Shown here: in pieces, positions 26,452 to 39,662 of the stretch
Position numbering within the stretch: position 1 is the first letter of the stretch
Layout: each line of letters begins with the position of its first letter
The notes under the pieces: model-generated
Told to the model about the DNA's origin: nothing
The model's database searches: none
The model's input: the letters and a program-made list of their open reading frames with translations, nothing else
NCBI RefSeq assembly: GCF_006345805.1
Contig: NW_021834018.1
Span: 5,583 to 69,582 of the forward strand
Length of the DNA: 64,000 nucleotides
Origin: Octopus sinensis
Lineage: Eukaryota
Direction: 5' to 3'
Program-made: the position numbers and the translations under genes

Positions 26452-26577
26452 ACCCCTTTCGTGAAAGTTTGAGGCCAAGTGTTTAGGGTGTTTAGCACAC
26501 AATCTTGAACTTGTGGATTCCATGTCTGGACCTGGGACTTGGCGGCACGTTGAGGGCTTTTACGTTGATGCAGTTTC
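26452..26577 (-). CDS. Putative internal coding exon (126 nt, phase 2-2)
   Basis: Acceptor TTCATTTAAGTTCAG, donor GT|GTAAGTA, open frame KLHQRKSPQRAAKSQVQTWNPQVQDCVLNTLNTWPQTFTKG, GC-richer than flanks, phase-compatible with the exon at 10275-10362. Confidence 0.5.
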
Positions 26578-26596
26578 CTGAACTTAAATGAATACC

Positions 26597-26829
26597 TATT
26601 TCTTTACTACCCACAAGGGGCTAAACACAGAGAGGACAAACAAGGACAGACAAACGGATTAAGTCGATTATATCGACCCAGTGCGTAACTGGTACTTAAT
26701 TTATCGACCCCGAAAGGATGAAAGGCAAAGTCGACCTCGGTGGAATTTGAACTCAGAACGTAGCAGCAGACGAAATACTGCAAAGCATTGCCGCCCTGCA
26801 TGCTAACGTTTCTGCCAGCTCGCCACCTT
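26597..26829 (-). mobile_element. Family B SINE, full length with TSD
   Basis: Complete head, core and B1 tail; TTAAATGAATACC duplicated at 26584-26596 and 26841-26853. Confidence 0.93.
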
Positions 26830-26894
26830 ATTAAATGAAATTAAATGAATACCGTCTCTTTATCTCTCTGTCACTCACTCACTCACTCACTCAC

Positions 26895-26966
<72 letters not shown>

Positions 26967-28660
26967 TCCTGCCGTCAAATCTTCGAAATTCTTTTGTATC
27001 AATGATGGAACAACCAAGGTTTCTATGTCCACCTAAGCATCTAAAACAATTAGTGAAATCATCTTACCAGATCCTAATCGCTTACCAGTGACAGACTTCC
27101 CTTTACATTATATAGTCTGAAATCTCGTCCTGGATTTGCCATTTCTTTTTCATTCTTTTTGATAAAGCGTCGCCCAGTCAATGAGAGTATTTAATCACCT
27201 CTTAGCTGCGTCATGGTTTGTAGTTTCTTTCATTTTTGTTAAGGTAAAAATTATGCAGAAATTATTTACATAGATTACGTTTGTAATTAAAAAGGCCAAC
27301 GTTACCAACTGATTTTGCCCGAGGATTAAGTGATTAACTTTACAACCACTTACATATTATTCAGAGATTATACAGTTTCATAGATGGCACAACTAAAATA
27401 AAATTGATACGAAATCCATTTACTTTTAATTTTACTGTATAGATTCTTGTGATGCGCCAAACATCTCTGATTTATCTCCAATACAGGAAATGAAACACTG
27501 TGGTGTTTAAAACTTTTCTCATCTGCAATAACGACGTCGTAGGAAAAGTTGAAAAGAAAATCACCAGTTGTAAGAAGTCGATAACGCGAAACTTGTAATG
27601 GGTATGTGTGAAGATAGGGCCAGCATTAAGGGCGGCAACTGCTTTGATAAATGATTCTTAGATACACATTATGCTTGAGGTTTATATGGAAAAGGAAATA
27701 GAAAGAATTGATGTTAATGTGTTTCTCAAAGACATTAAGCAAGCGACAAGACAGTCATAGAGTATGAAAGTCAATTCTCAGTAGCGTTTACTTTGATCTA
27801 TATAGATAGTGACATATTCTATAATGAAAGATGGTTCCATTATTTACGAAGTGTTTTCTTATGGAATCACATTTGCCAAACTGTATTTCCTGTTAACATC
27901 TTCATGAACTACATTAGTGTTGCGCTGTATAGTAACCTGATGCTGGAACTTCGAGCTATTGTGTTCGGGACTGTTGCAACTACAGGAAACGACAGTGTTT
28001 ATATTTATAGAATTTTTGAACCGAATTAAGTATGAGGAACAAAGCATTCTCTTGTCACCCGTTAAAAGGAAATATTTTCATTTATAACTTTCAACGATAT
28101 ATATAATTATGCCTTTCATTGATATATATATATATATAATTATGCCTTTCAACGATCTATATACTTATATGTCTTTCAACGATGTATTTAATTATAATAT
28201 GATACGTACATAGGGATTTTCAGATAATGTTTTGTATTGTGTACACCAAACTTTTTTACTGCCCGACATGCTTTCCGCAATATCAATGAATATAAAAATT
28301 AATTTTTCCTTTTTATTGGATAACGATTTCTCGTGAGTCGCTCCTGCTGGTACTTCATCACATTGATCCAGAAGGAATGTAAAGCAAATTTGACTTCGGC
28401 GTTGTTTGAACTCAGAACGTGCAGGGCCCAAAGTTATATTGCTATGCTTTTGCTTGGACGTTGTAATGAATCTGTCTCTTCACCGCTTTTGCCAGCACGA
28501 ACATTCTTTTCTTCTACAGGCACATGGTCTGAGAATTTGGAGGAGGGGGTGTAGTCGAAATTTCGGGGGAAACTGGTACTTATTTTATCGACCCCTAAAG
28601 AAAGAAAGGCAAAGTCGATCTCGGTAGTATTTGAACTTGTACCGCAAAGTCAGAAGAAAT

Positions 28661-29060
28661 GTGGCTGTGTGGTAAGTAGCTTGTTTACCAACCACATGGT
28701 TCTGGGTTCAGTCCCACTGCGTGGCACTTTGGGCAAGTGTCTTCTACTATAGCCTCGGGCCGACCAAAGCCTTGTGAGTGGATTTGGTAGACGGAAACTG
28801 AAAGAAGCCCGTCGTATATATGTATATATATATATATACGTGTGTGTGTTTGTGTGAGTGTGTTTGTCCCCCTAGCATTGCTTGACAACCGATGCTGGTG
28901 TGTTTATGTCCCCGTTACTTAGCAGTTCGGCAAAAGAGACCGATAGAATAAGTACTGGGCTTATAAAAGAATAAGTCCCCGGGGTCGAGTTGCTCAACTA
29001 AAGGCGGTGCTCCAGCATGGCCGCTGTCAAATGACTGAAACAAGTAAAAGAGTAAAGAGT
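28661..29060 (+). mobile_element. Family A SINE, near full length, young
   Basis: Close to family consensus throughout. Confidence 0.9.
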
Positions 29061-29883
29061 AACATTTTGTCCTCGAGCTAACCACATTCTACCAGCTCAC
29101 AGCGTTTTCCCGCTCGAATAATAATTTTATATATTTTCTCGTCCATGGTCTGACAATAAAAAGAACGATTCCTCTATAAGATTTGAAGTTGCACCGATTA
29201 GAACTAAAAGCTGAAACTGCAAATACATTCTTCCGGCAAGTGTTGTGTACGTCGACAATCCCTAGAGCTAGAACCAAAATAATTATATATGACAAAGACA
29301 GATTATATTGTGTGATCCAGGGGGCAGAGATTGTGACATGTTTTTGTCGCCAAATAATTAATTACACAAGTAAGCTGACTCCTACAGGAAATCAGTCTCA
29401 GGTAGGCGCACATTACAGCAGTTGACACTTCTCTATAATAAATAATGGTATCTTATCTAAAATAATGAAACATAATATTTAGGAAGTTGTGCGGTTCATG
29501 TGATATTCTCTAAAATGTTTGTTACTAGATATCAAATCTGATAGAAATTAACGCAATAACGTATTCCAAATCATTCACCACACCTGAATTATATTTTTGA
29601 AGTTAAAGAAGAATTTTACGTTAGCTTTAACTGCGTCATGTTCAGAATACCACAGTGACAATTAACAATCGTATTTTCTGGACGGCCTCAATACCAGATT
29701 CCGCAAAAACTCTAATGCCTTGGTTGGTCAGTTACAAAAGTGGAAGATGAGAAAAGCTAACTCTAAAAGACGATAAGACTGCTTCTATCTTCATCGCATT
29801 TGTCATCGTCGTGATCACCTTCGCCGTCGTTGTCATCACTGTAGCAGCAGCCTTTGTCATTCGGAGGCGATAAAATAAATACT

Positions 29884-30138
29884 TATTTCTTTATTGCCCA
29901 CAAGGGGCTAAACATAGAGAGGACAAACAAGGACAGACAAAGGTATTAAGTCGATTACATCGACCCCAGTGCGGAACTGGTAATTAATTTATCGACCTCA
30001 GTGCCGAACTGGTACTTAGTTTATCGACCCCGAAAGGATGAAAGGCAAAGTCAACCTCGGCGGAATTTGAACTCACAACGTAACGACAGACGAAATACCG
30101 CTAAGCATTTCATCCGGCGTGCTAACGTTTCTGCCGCC
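29884..30138 (-). mobile_element. Family B SINE with short internal duplication
   Basis: B1 tail and head present; CAGTGC.GAACTGGTA.TTA.TTTATCGACC is duplicated. Confidence 0.9.
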
Positions 30139-30220
30139 TTCATAAAATAAATACCAGTTAAGCACTGGCGTCGATGTAGTTTCAGGTTTTGTGCCTATAG
30201 TAAAAGGATTATTATCATCA

Positions 30221-30625
30221 GGCGTAGGAGTGGCTGTGTGGTAAGTAGCTTGCTTACCAACCACATGGTTCCGGGTTCAGTCCCACTGCGTGGAACCTTG
30301 GGCAAGTGCCTTCAACTATAGCCTTGGGCCGAGCAAAGCCTTGTGAGTGGATTTGGTAGACGGAAGCTGACAGAAGCCCGTCGTATATCTGTGTATATGT
30401 GTGTGTGTGTGTGTATATGTTTGTATGTTTGTGTTTGTTCCCCCACCATCATTTGACAACCGGTGCTGGTGTGTTTACGTCCCCGTAACTTAGCGGTTTG
30501 GCATAAGAAACCGATAGAATAAGTACTAGGCTTACAAAGAATAAGTCCTAGGGTCGATTTGCTCTACTAAAGGCGGTGCACCAGCATGGCCACAGTCAAA
30601 TGACTAAAGCAAGTAAAAAAGAGTA
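30221..30625 (+). mobile_element. Family A SINE, full length
   Basis: GGCGTAGGAGTGGCTGTGTGG head to AAGTAAAAAAGAGTA tail. Confidence 0.9.
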
Positions 30626-30906
30626 TCAGTAATATAGGTATTAGTAATTAAGGTACCGACGTGGAGCAGTCATTACTGTGACGATTTCTTCAGGTTTTAT
30701 GCCCTGAGTTCAAATTACAGCTAGGTCGTTTGTGTCTTTCATCCTTTCGGTGTCGGTTAAATAAGTACCAGTTAAGCACTGTCGTCATTGTAATCCACAT
30801 TCCCTCCTCGCAACATTTCTAGTATTCTGCCAAAAATTAGAAAGAACTACTACTACTACTACTACTACTACTTACTACTACTACTACACTACTACTACTA
30901 CTACTA

Positions 30907-30953
<47 letters not shown>

Positions 30954-30962
30954 TCGTTATTA

Positions 30963-31380
30963 TTGAGTAAGAGCAGTGCATGCCATCAATGTGATAACTG
31001 AGATACAAATGTACGTAGCCCATCTGATAAGGTTTCACCAAGTAAATGCACCACAAACATATGTGCGTAACATGGTGACCTCATATCAAGAAAAACATTG
31101 CCTGTTCTTACAGGTGGGGCCCAGTTAGAATTTCCCTCAGGTCGTGTAACTCATCACCCTCAAAATCTCCCTGAATAAAGGTTGCTTAAGGGTGATGAAC
31201 GAAGCACCCATGTTTCCAAGGGATGAATCATTCAACCCCACTAAAGGATTCCTGTCAACATATGGGCTGTGATGCTCCCCCACTACTTCTGCTCATGATC
31301 AAAGATGCCTGTATCGTCAGGTAAGTAAGGAACATGCTCAAGTGGTTAATGTCAAGCAACTGACGAGCAAATCTGTGGTA
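30963..31380 (+). mobile_element. Family E repeat
   Basis: Homologous to the minus-strand copy at 4591-5013. Confidence 0.8.
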
Positions 31381-31483
31381 TTGAGCAGAATATCTGATGT
31401 AGACCTTCTCTTACACCAAGACAAAACATGTATATGTTAACACTTCCAATCAGTTAAGATCAGAAGCCATGGGAGTCACTTAC

Positions 31484-31542
31484 CTGGCTGAAGAATTGCA
31501 TACGAGGAGGACATTGAAAAGACAATGATGCCATGCAACTTT
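31484..31542 (-). CDS. Weak candidate internal exon (59 nt)
   Basis: Donor CAG|GTAAGT, weak acceptor TTCAAATCAG, frame KVAWHHCLFNVLLVCNSSA(R) phase-compatible with neighbours; the donor abuts repeat-like sequence and may be fortuitous. Confidence 0.2.
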
Positions 31543-31811
31543 CTGATTTGAAGATTGCAAACATAAGTATATAATAAGATTTTCAAGAGGAAGCCCCATT
31601 GGATTTAATGTTTTCAGGCCTACAAAGACGTGTGAGACTAAAACATAAATGCTAAATTTGAATAAAATTTGAACCAATATTTGCCGGAAAAGCGTATGGT
31701 TGGAATATTTCATTAGTTCTCGAGGCGTAAGGAAGGGAATGATATGGTTAAATGTTTAGTAAGGGCATGTCAAAATTCTGTCTTGTGATGGAGAGATGAA
31801 TAGGATTAGGG

Positions 31812-32148
31812 GACTCCCATCGGTCATGAATGACCATGAGATTGATTGCACCTAGAAAGTTCCCCTCCGAGGCACAATCTGGGTATTGTTGTTTGTGGAA
31901 GGCCAGCAGTCGCCCATGCATGCTAGCCTCTCCTCTCCACACCACTGTTGTTATCCAAGGGAAAGACAAAGGCCGATACAGTTTGGCACCTGTGACGTCG
32001 CAACTAATTTCTACAGCTGAGTGAACTGGAGCAACGTGAAATAAAATGTGTTGCTCAAGAACACAACACGCAGCCCGGTGCGGGAATCGAACTCATAACC
32101 TCACGATCGTAAGCTCGACGCTCTCAACACTGAGCCATGCGACTTCAC
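31812..32148 (-). mobile_element. tRNA-derived SINE, family D, full length
   Basis: Minus strand GTGAAGTCGCATGGCTCAGTG...GAGTTCGATTCCCG head, TTCACGTTGCTCCAGTTCACTCAGCTGTAGAAA core, ATGGTCATTCATGACCGATGGGAGTC tail; partial copy at 62511. Confidence 0.85.
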
Positions 32149-33065
32149 TAGAGATGAATAATAGTAAAAATGATATGGAGTATGTAAACATGTAATGTTA
32201 AGATAGGTGTCCTGAATGAAAAGTGTATTTAGAAAATTAGAAAATAGCACAAGCCGATGTAATAGAGGAAACCACGTGATAAAACGGGATAATAGGAAAG
32301 TATCAAAATAGTCTGTCGTCTGGCAAGAAATAGCTGCCGAATCATCCTCTGTTTAGATATTTAACGTTTTAATAATGAATGAATAATTTAAAGAATGAAG
32401 TCCTAGATAAGCTGAGAATAAAAAAACAGCAAAAAATTTGACGTGGCCGCTGGAGCAACATTTTCGATCATAGGTCATCTGGATCAAAATTGCTTTGACA
32501 CAACAAGAGCAATAGCAATGGTGACAGCAGCAGCAACAAACAATGAAAAGAATAACAGTAAAAATATAAATTACCAACGATTCATTTAGGCTGTTCACTA
32601 AATCAGTTTTCTCTCTCACAATGCTGGAGGTTTTTTTTTTTTTCCTTTTTCAACAACAGCAACGTTTAAGGATTAGGTGTCAAAAGAAAAATGAAAGATT
32701 AGAGTTTTTAAAAATTCAAGCGTTTAATAGCGAAGTTAAACTTCTGCGCCTCATTTGAAATACAAAAGAAGTTGATGGTAATGTATGCATGTATGTTTGT
32801 ACGTATGAATGTATGTATATTTAAGTATATATATGTAGGTATTCATGTATGTATGCATGTATGTATGTATGTTTGTACGTATGTTTGTACGTATGTGTGC
32901 ATGTATATATGCATATGTTTCTACGCGTGTATTTATGTATGTATGCATGTATGTTTGTAAGTATTTATGTATGTGTGTATGCATGTACGCACGTATGCGT
33001 CTTTGGTTGTATGTATAAAACTGCATACATGTATACATGTATACATGCTTTTTTATATATATGTA

Positions 33066-33103
<38 letters not shown>

Positions 33104-33909
33104 ATGTGTGTGTGTGTGTGTATACATTTATATAAATAAATATATATATATATATTATGAGTTTATGCGTGTATGTGTGTTTGTAGATAAATATATATAT
33201 GTATATAGGTATATATATATATGTGTGTGTGTGCGTGTGTATGTATATTCATACATACGCACATAGATATACATATATATCATATCCATACAACACAAAT
33301 TATATTACCACTAATTAACTGACATATTTACAGAGTAAATGTTTATTATTGACGTCATCAAAGAATGTGCTCTTTGTTAGCCTCTTCAAGACAGTTCACG
33401 TTGTAATAGTAACACGGATCGTGTTAAATATAAATAAAAAATATCTTCCCTCATTATTTCAGCGAGACAGCGGTTACAACAGCTCTGCTTACATGAATTG
33501 AGCGTATTGCTAAACCACAATAGGGCAATTGTAAATGTGTTCTTTCCCCACTTTTTTCTAACAGAGAAATGACAAAATAACTTATCCTTTACAATTTCAT
33601 TGTAAACCGTGTTTTAAATGAATTAATGTTTCCACTATATCTTAGATAGGAAAATATCGGATTTACAATGCTTTTTTAGCTGTATTGGTTGACAAGTGTA
33701 GTTTGAATTTTTATTTTCAGCATGTGGTACGTGAGTATATACACAGACATACGCATATGAATATACATAGAGGTACACACGCACACCCAAGGATATATAT
33801 ATGTGCATATGTGTGTAATGTGTGTGCGCATATATATGTCTATATGTGTGTGTATGTGTGTGTGTGTGCGCGCGTGTAGTCAGCAGCTAAGATTCATAGA
33901 TACTCAATA

Positions 33910-34045
33910 TCATCATCATCAGTGTTCGACCGTGGTCGAGACAATGGAATTTACCATGCTACGCCAAACTTCACGGTCCATCATGGCATTACGGAGGTCC
34001 TGTTGCTGGATGCCTGTATCCCTGGATACTCAAGATAGGGCACAC
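33910..34045 (-). mobile_element. 3' end of a LINE (probably RTE-like), 5' truncated
   Basis: Minus frame VSRDTGIQQQDLRNAMMDREVWRSMVNSIVSTTVEH* followed by (TGA)n, fitting the 'A.DR..WR..V' C-terminal motif of RTE-type ORFs. Confidence 0.7.
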
Positions 34046-34289
34046 GTTACTATTTCCCGATCTTCCTACCCTGACGAAGGAAGCCGGTATTACGGTAATG
34101 TTTTTCTTGCATCCTGTATTGGTTGCATTTCCTTGCATTTTGGAACAAATTATCTGACAATAATGAAATTACTACTATTACGTAATTCCTAGCCTTCAGG
34201 AACAGCTGTAGGACCAAAAATACCATGTCTAACATTAGTTTCCAGTATCTTTTCTACACCATGTAAACTTGAGAAAACCTCGACAAGGT

Positions 34290-35022
34290 TATCATACGAG
34301 CTCATTAAGATTGGTAATAGGATATTCACATTCAACTCAAGAATTCAGCTACATGAAATTACATGCTTTCTCTTAGAGATCTTATGGATAAAGTATTTCC
34401 TAATTCATCTGTCAATTACTCTGATATAAACTGACTATGTGAATGAGCTATACTGGACCCAACTAATGAAATAGCTGATAAACTAAATCATGAGCTTGTT
34501 CAAAAGTTAACAGACAAATCGGAAGTGTTTTTCGATCAATTGACAATAGTTGATCAAGATCATGTTGTTCAATACCCTGTTGAATTTCTGAACACACTTA
34601 AGCCCTCTGGCATGCCATTGCATAACTTGTCACTAAAACTGGGCGCTCCCATTATGTTGCTTAGGAATCTTGAGCCATCTCAAATATGTAATGGAATTTG
34701 TTTAATTAAAACCTCATGTCCTACTGGCAACAATCATAACAGGTAGTCACAAAGGAGAAAATGACTTTATTCCAAATATTCCTCTCATACCTACAGATGT
34801 TGCATTTGAATATAAGTGGCTTCAGCTTCCAGTCAAACTAACTTTTGGTATTTCATTTAAGAAATCTCAGGGTGCATCCCTCGAGGGAGTTGGACATGCT
34901 TCTCCCATGGTCAGTTCTATGTTGTTTGCTCGCGACTTGGAAGCGGCAACAATCTATTCATTTCGACACCAACAAAAAATTACACAATGAATATTGTTAA
35001 CCCTGAAGGGCTTCAACATTGA
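34290..35022 (+). mobile_element. Helitron RepHel fragment: PIF1-type helicase C-terminus, pseudogenised
   Basis: Frames give KVFPN...AILDPTNEIADKLN...YPVEFLNTLKPSGMPLHNLSLKLGAPIMLLRNLEPSQICNG...IITGSHKGE..FIPNIPLIP...QLPVKLTFGISFKKSQGASLEGVG...SHGQFYVVCSR; contains frameshifts and stops. Confidence 0.92.
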
Positions 35023-35250
35023 CAGATATCCAGTTCGAAATTGCATTATCATTACAACTCGGATATTTCTTTATAAAACATAGATATTTTGAAATAATTA
35101 TGAAAATATATCTATATATTTATTGTTTACTAATCTGAATAAGAATACATACATACATATACATTATATAGATGTATATATATATATACATATATCCATA
35201 TATATACATATATATATATTTATATGTGTGTACATATATATATATTTATA

Positions 35251-35323
<73 letters not shown>

Positions 35324-35399
35324 CAAATATATATACACATACATATATATACATGTATATCAATATATATATATATATACAGACACATATATACATATT

Positions 35400-35600
35400 T
35401 ATAACGAACGTGTGTTTTCTCGCACGATTGTTTTCCTTCCTTTTGAACTTGTTCCTCTGTCTTCTTTCTGATGAAGAGACATGCTCGAAACTTCACAACC
35501 CTTCTTCTGTCCATTTTAAACTGTTTCTAAGCGTCAATGCAATATATTCATTGTGTGTGTGCGTCCTTTTGACTTTCGTTGTTTTCCTGATTTGGTTTTC
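35400..35600 (+). mobile_element. Family H-related Penelope-like tail remnant
   Basis: Contains CTGATGAAGAG(ACATG)CTCGAAAC and T-rich downstream sequence similar to 41434-41625. Confidence 0.55.
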
Positions 35601-35795
35601 ATTTTTATCTTGAATTTGCACCCCTCCTCCCAAACATACGTACGCACACAATACACATACACGCACAAGTATACATATCTGAAACTTTTCGAGGTTTTTC
35701 TGTATAGAACTACAAATCAAATACGATGTTCGGTGCCTGATTAATAATGATAAATGCTTAAACAAAAATCTATATGTATTTGTATATGATCCTAT

Positions 35796-35857
<62 letters not shown>

Positions 35858-36958
35858 CATAGATAATGTTCATATTATAATTCAAAACACTATCTGTAAA
35901 ATGATTGCTTCTAATTTTAACATAAGGTCAATAATTTTGAGAGACCCGTTACCATCGCCCTCTGTAATTCGTTTTATCGAACATAGAGAGAGATGAAGGG
36001 CAAAGATGAACAAGGAGATGATTTGAAATTGCTATGTCATGTAAGGCAACTATTACATACTGTTACACATGTACGACGATTTAACGACCGCTTTCGATTA
36101 TACCACCTCAATGTCAGTAAAATTTTAAGGGTAGGCCTAAAATTTTAAGGGTAGGAATTTAATCAGTTACATCAGCCTCAATACCCACTCAAATGGAACT
36201 TATTTTATCGACCATGAAATGATCAGGAGGCACAATCGATTTCGGGAGTATTTGAAGTCAGACTAAACCGGAAGAAATAGCTCTCCGCCATGTGTCCAGC
36301 GAGTTATCGATCCTGCGAGCTCGCTGCTTTAATGTCGGCAAAATATGATACGCTTAATAAGTAAACATCATCGTAATTTCCTTGCATTAAAAGCAATCTA
36401 CAGAAGAAAGTACGACCTAGTAGCACTAATAAGACTAGTTAGGCTGAGGAGGTTAAATAAGACCAAAACAGGCACAGAATTTTACCGTATTATTTGCTCA
36501 ATGCCAGATTCTCCTCATTTTGTCTTACATGTCCATCTTTTATGCTTCCTCCGTTACATTTCGTGACGCGATGGAAAAAAATCTAATGAATTATATAATG
36601 TAATTTTAATGAGTATATATTTCTTGTCTCGGTACCATAGATATATTACAACTCAACTTGTAATTTGATATTACAAGAATGAAAAACAAAAAACAATTTC
36701 TAAAAAAATTTTTTTTACCTTTTCACTTATTCTTATCTTGTTTATAGCTTCATTTGATTTTTTAAAACTTCTCTTAGTTTATTCAGTTACAGTATTTCAC
36801 TCTTGTCCTGTACCTTCTTAACCTTACCCATCTAACAGCGGTGTTGACAGAAACGTTTGAGCGTTCCACGAAAAAGCCTTGTGGTATTTCTTGCCCCTCT
36901 TTTCGTTCTGAGTTCAAATTCTAATTTTGTCTTTCATCCTTTCAAGGTAGGCAAAATA

Positions 36959-37186
36959 TATTTCTTTACTATCCACAAGGGGCTAAACATAGAGGGGACA
37001 AACAAGGACAGACAAAGGGATCAAGTCGATTACATCGACCCCAGTGCGAAATTGGTACTTTATTTATCGACCCCGAAAGGATGAAAGGCAAAGTCGACCT
37101 CGGCGGAATTTGAACTCAGAACGTAACGACAGACGAAATACCGCTAAGCACTTCGCCCGGCGCGCTAACGTTTCTGCCAGCTCGCC
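36959..37186 (-). mobile_element. Family B SINE, full length, tail-to-tail with a degenerate plus-strand B copy at ~36845-36950
   Basis: Complete B head, core and B1 tail. Confidence 0.93.
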
Positions 37187-37821
37187 AGGCTAAATAAACA
37201 ACCAACCAAATAATAGAGTCAGCACGTTATCAGCACATTTCCTAGGCAAAATTACAGGCCTTGTGCTTAAACTGGAAACAACAAATTGTCCCCTAACTAA
37301 AATACTCTAAATCCATTTCAAAGTGCTTAACTAAAGCATAAACTTATTTTTGGACAGGAAATACGGACAATACAGTCAGTATGGTTAATCATAAATATGA
37401 TAAGCCAACAAGGAAACAAGTACGAGGTTAGTGGTCTTACTAGCAATAACAAATTCTCTTTTATATCACACACTACCATATTAAGCGATGAAGGACACAT
37501 AACTAATGCAGTTTGAAATATACTGTCTGAATATAAAATGGAATTCTCACAGCTGGAACGCTTTGATCATAGATTTACAGGTCAATCAAATCTAATTTGG
37601 TATGAAACAGCAGCAACAATAACACGACGACGAAAATGACCTTACTGTTACGCATTCGCCCAACATATAAACGTGCACGATTTGTTTAAATATTAACTGA
37701 TTCTATGTTCACGTAAACAGGGTTTAATGGTGTGAAAGGGTAAATGGGTGAAATAACTTCTTATATACTGTATGCTATTTGCATAGATTGTGCTATTATC
37801 GAAGTAATATACTCTGCAAAC

Positions 37822-37898
37822 TTGGTCAAAGACTTGGACATTTGTCACATTTCTCCAGTGTTCCAAGATCCTGCACTCTGGCTGAAGGTTTGAAGCAT
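37822..37898 (-). CDS. Candidate internal exon (77 nt)
   Basis: Acceptor TTGTATGTTTTAG, frame ASNLQPECRILEHWRNVTNVQVFDQ, donor GTTTGC (or GTATAT 9 nt further); unique sequence among microsatellites. Confidence 0.3.
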
Positions 37899-37948
37899 CT
37901 AAAACATACAAGTCTAAATCATATACGCAAAATATATATATCCACACA

Positions 37949-38001
<53 letters not shown>

Positions 38002-38232
38002 GATACTCACATATATGTGCATGTTTATATGTATATATATGCGTGTGTGTGTGTGTGCATAATAATGTATTCGTATAGATATATAAATGTATATATATAT
38101 ATATATATATGCATACACACACAAACATACAGATACAAATACATATATAAACACACACACGCGTACACATTCGCACATACACATAAGCCTATGTCTATAT
38201 GTTGTCTGTCTATCTACCTCCCTCTCTGTATT

Positions 38233-38278
<46 letters not shown>

Positions 38279-38540
38279 AACATACACAAACACACACACT
38301 CACTCTCACATATATTTAGGTGTATGAATATGTTTTTGATAGTGTGTATGTGTATGTTGATATTACAAATTCATGTTTGTGTACATATAGTATGTGTGTG
38401 TATATAATGTATATTTATATCGAATTTATAATATATATCATGTACATACTACATCTTTATGCATTGTATTCACACATAAATACATACATATATAAATACA
38501 TGGATATATATATATATACATACATTCACATATACATACA

Positions 38541-38574
<34 letters not shown>

Positions 38575-39387
38575 CATATATACATACATATACACACTCA
38601 CAGATACATACGTTTGTATATATTTATGTGTGTATACGTATACATAAATGCATCTACATTGTTTGTGTATGAGTTTGTGTGCATGCGTAAATACGTATAT
38701 GTATCTTCTTGTGAATCTCTCTACGTGTGCGTGAGAGATTTCATCTTATTTCTTTTTCTTCCTTTGTTGGTTCGCCATTAAATTTGCTTTGTTTATTTTA
38801 TAAAGTCGTTCTTCTTGTTGCTAATGCTATTGATATTGTTTAAATCTTGTCGATTTATTTTGTTTTGTTTTGTTTTTTTCGTTTGTTTTCTTTTACGCTT
38901 TCATTTTGTCAGACGAGTTGTAGCTGACGTTTGGAGTCAGATTGACGTTTGGTCGTATTTGGGCGCGACGACGGAGAAAAAGAGCTGTTTTATACTTTTT
39001 GTGGTCGCCATTTTTTTCTCACAATTTTCTTTCTATTTCATGCCCTTTTATGCAAATATATTCATTAATGAAGCAAAACAGAAATGACAACAAAAAGAAT
39101 AACAACAACAACAACAACAATCGTTTCTATGATAGGTAAAAGACACCAAATTTCTTTTGCTTGGGATGTAAAAGTAGATTACACCCATTCAAGTTGTCAT
39201 CTGCTATTTATTTTATCTACAGCGAATGGATAAAAGAAGTTTAGCTCAGCAGAATATAAAATTCAGAGCATATAGCCGGAAGAAATGCCACTGAGCATTT
39301 TCTCCGGCAATCCTAATATTCTGCTAGGTCGTCATCTTAATAATAATATTAGCGACAAGTACTACTACTACTACTACCACCACCACC

Positions 39388-39460
<73 letters not shown>

Positions 39461-39662
39461 ATCGTTTCCACTAAAGTCAGAAGGTTTGAAATTTCGGTGA
39501 GTGGTCCACTCGACAATAAAAAGAATCCAGTGTTTCACTAGTATTTAATTTATCGACCTCGAAAGGTTGAACCGTAAAGTCGAACTCGGCGGAATTTAAA
39601 CCCAGGGCGTAAAGACATAGAGTACAAGTGTGTAAGTCGGAATTATATATATATATATAAAA

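Noticed and set aside
27440-28030. Unique-looking region with several short ORFs and AG/GT sites
   Set aside because: No frame is bounded by convincing acceptor and donor sites together; possibly an old transposon remnant.
33465-33560. Plus-strand exon candidate (RQRLQQLCLHELSVLLNHNR)
   Set aside because: A good acceptor but no good donor and no partner exons on that strand.
34290-35022. Host PIF1 gene
   Set aside because: Intronless, frameshifted and with Helitron-type motif spacing.
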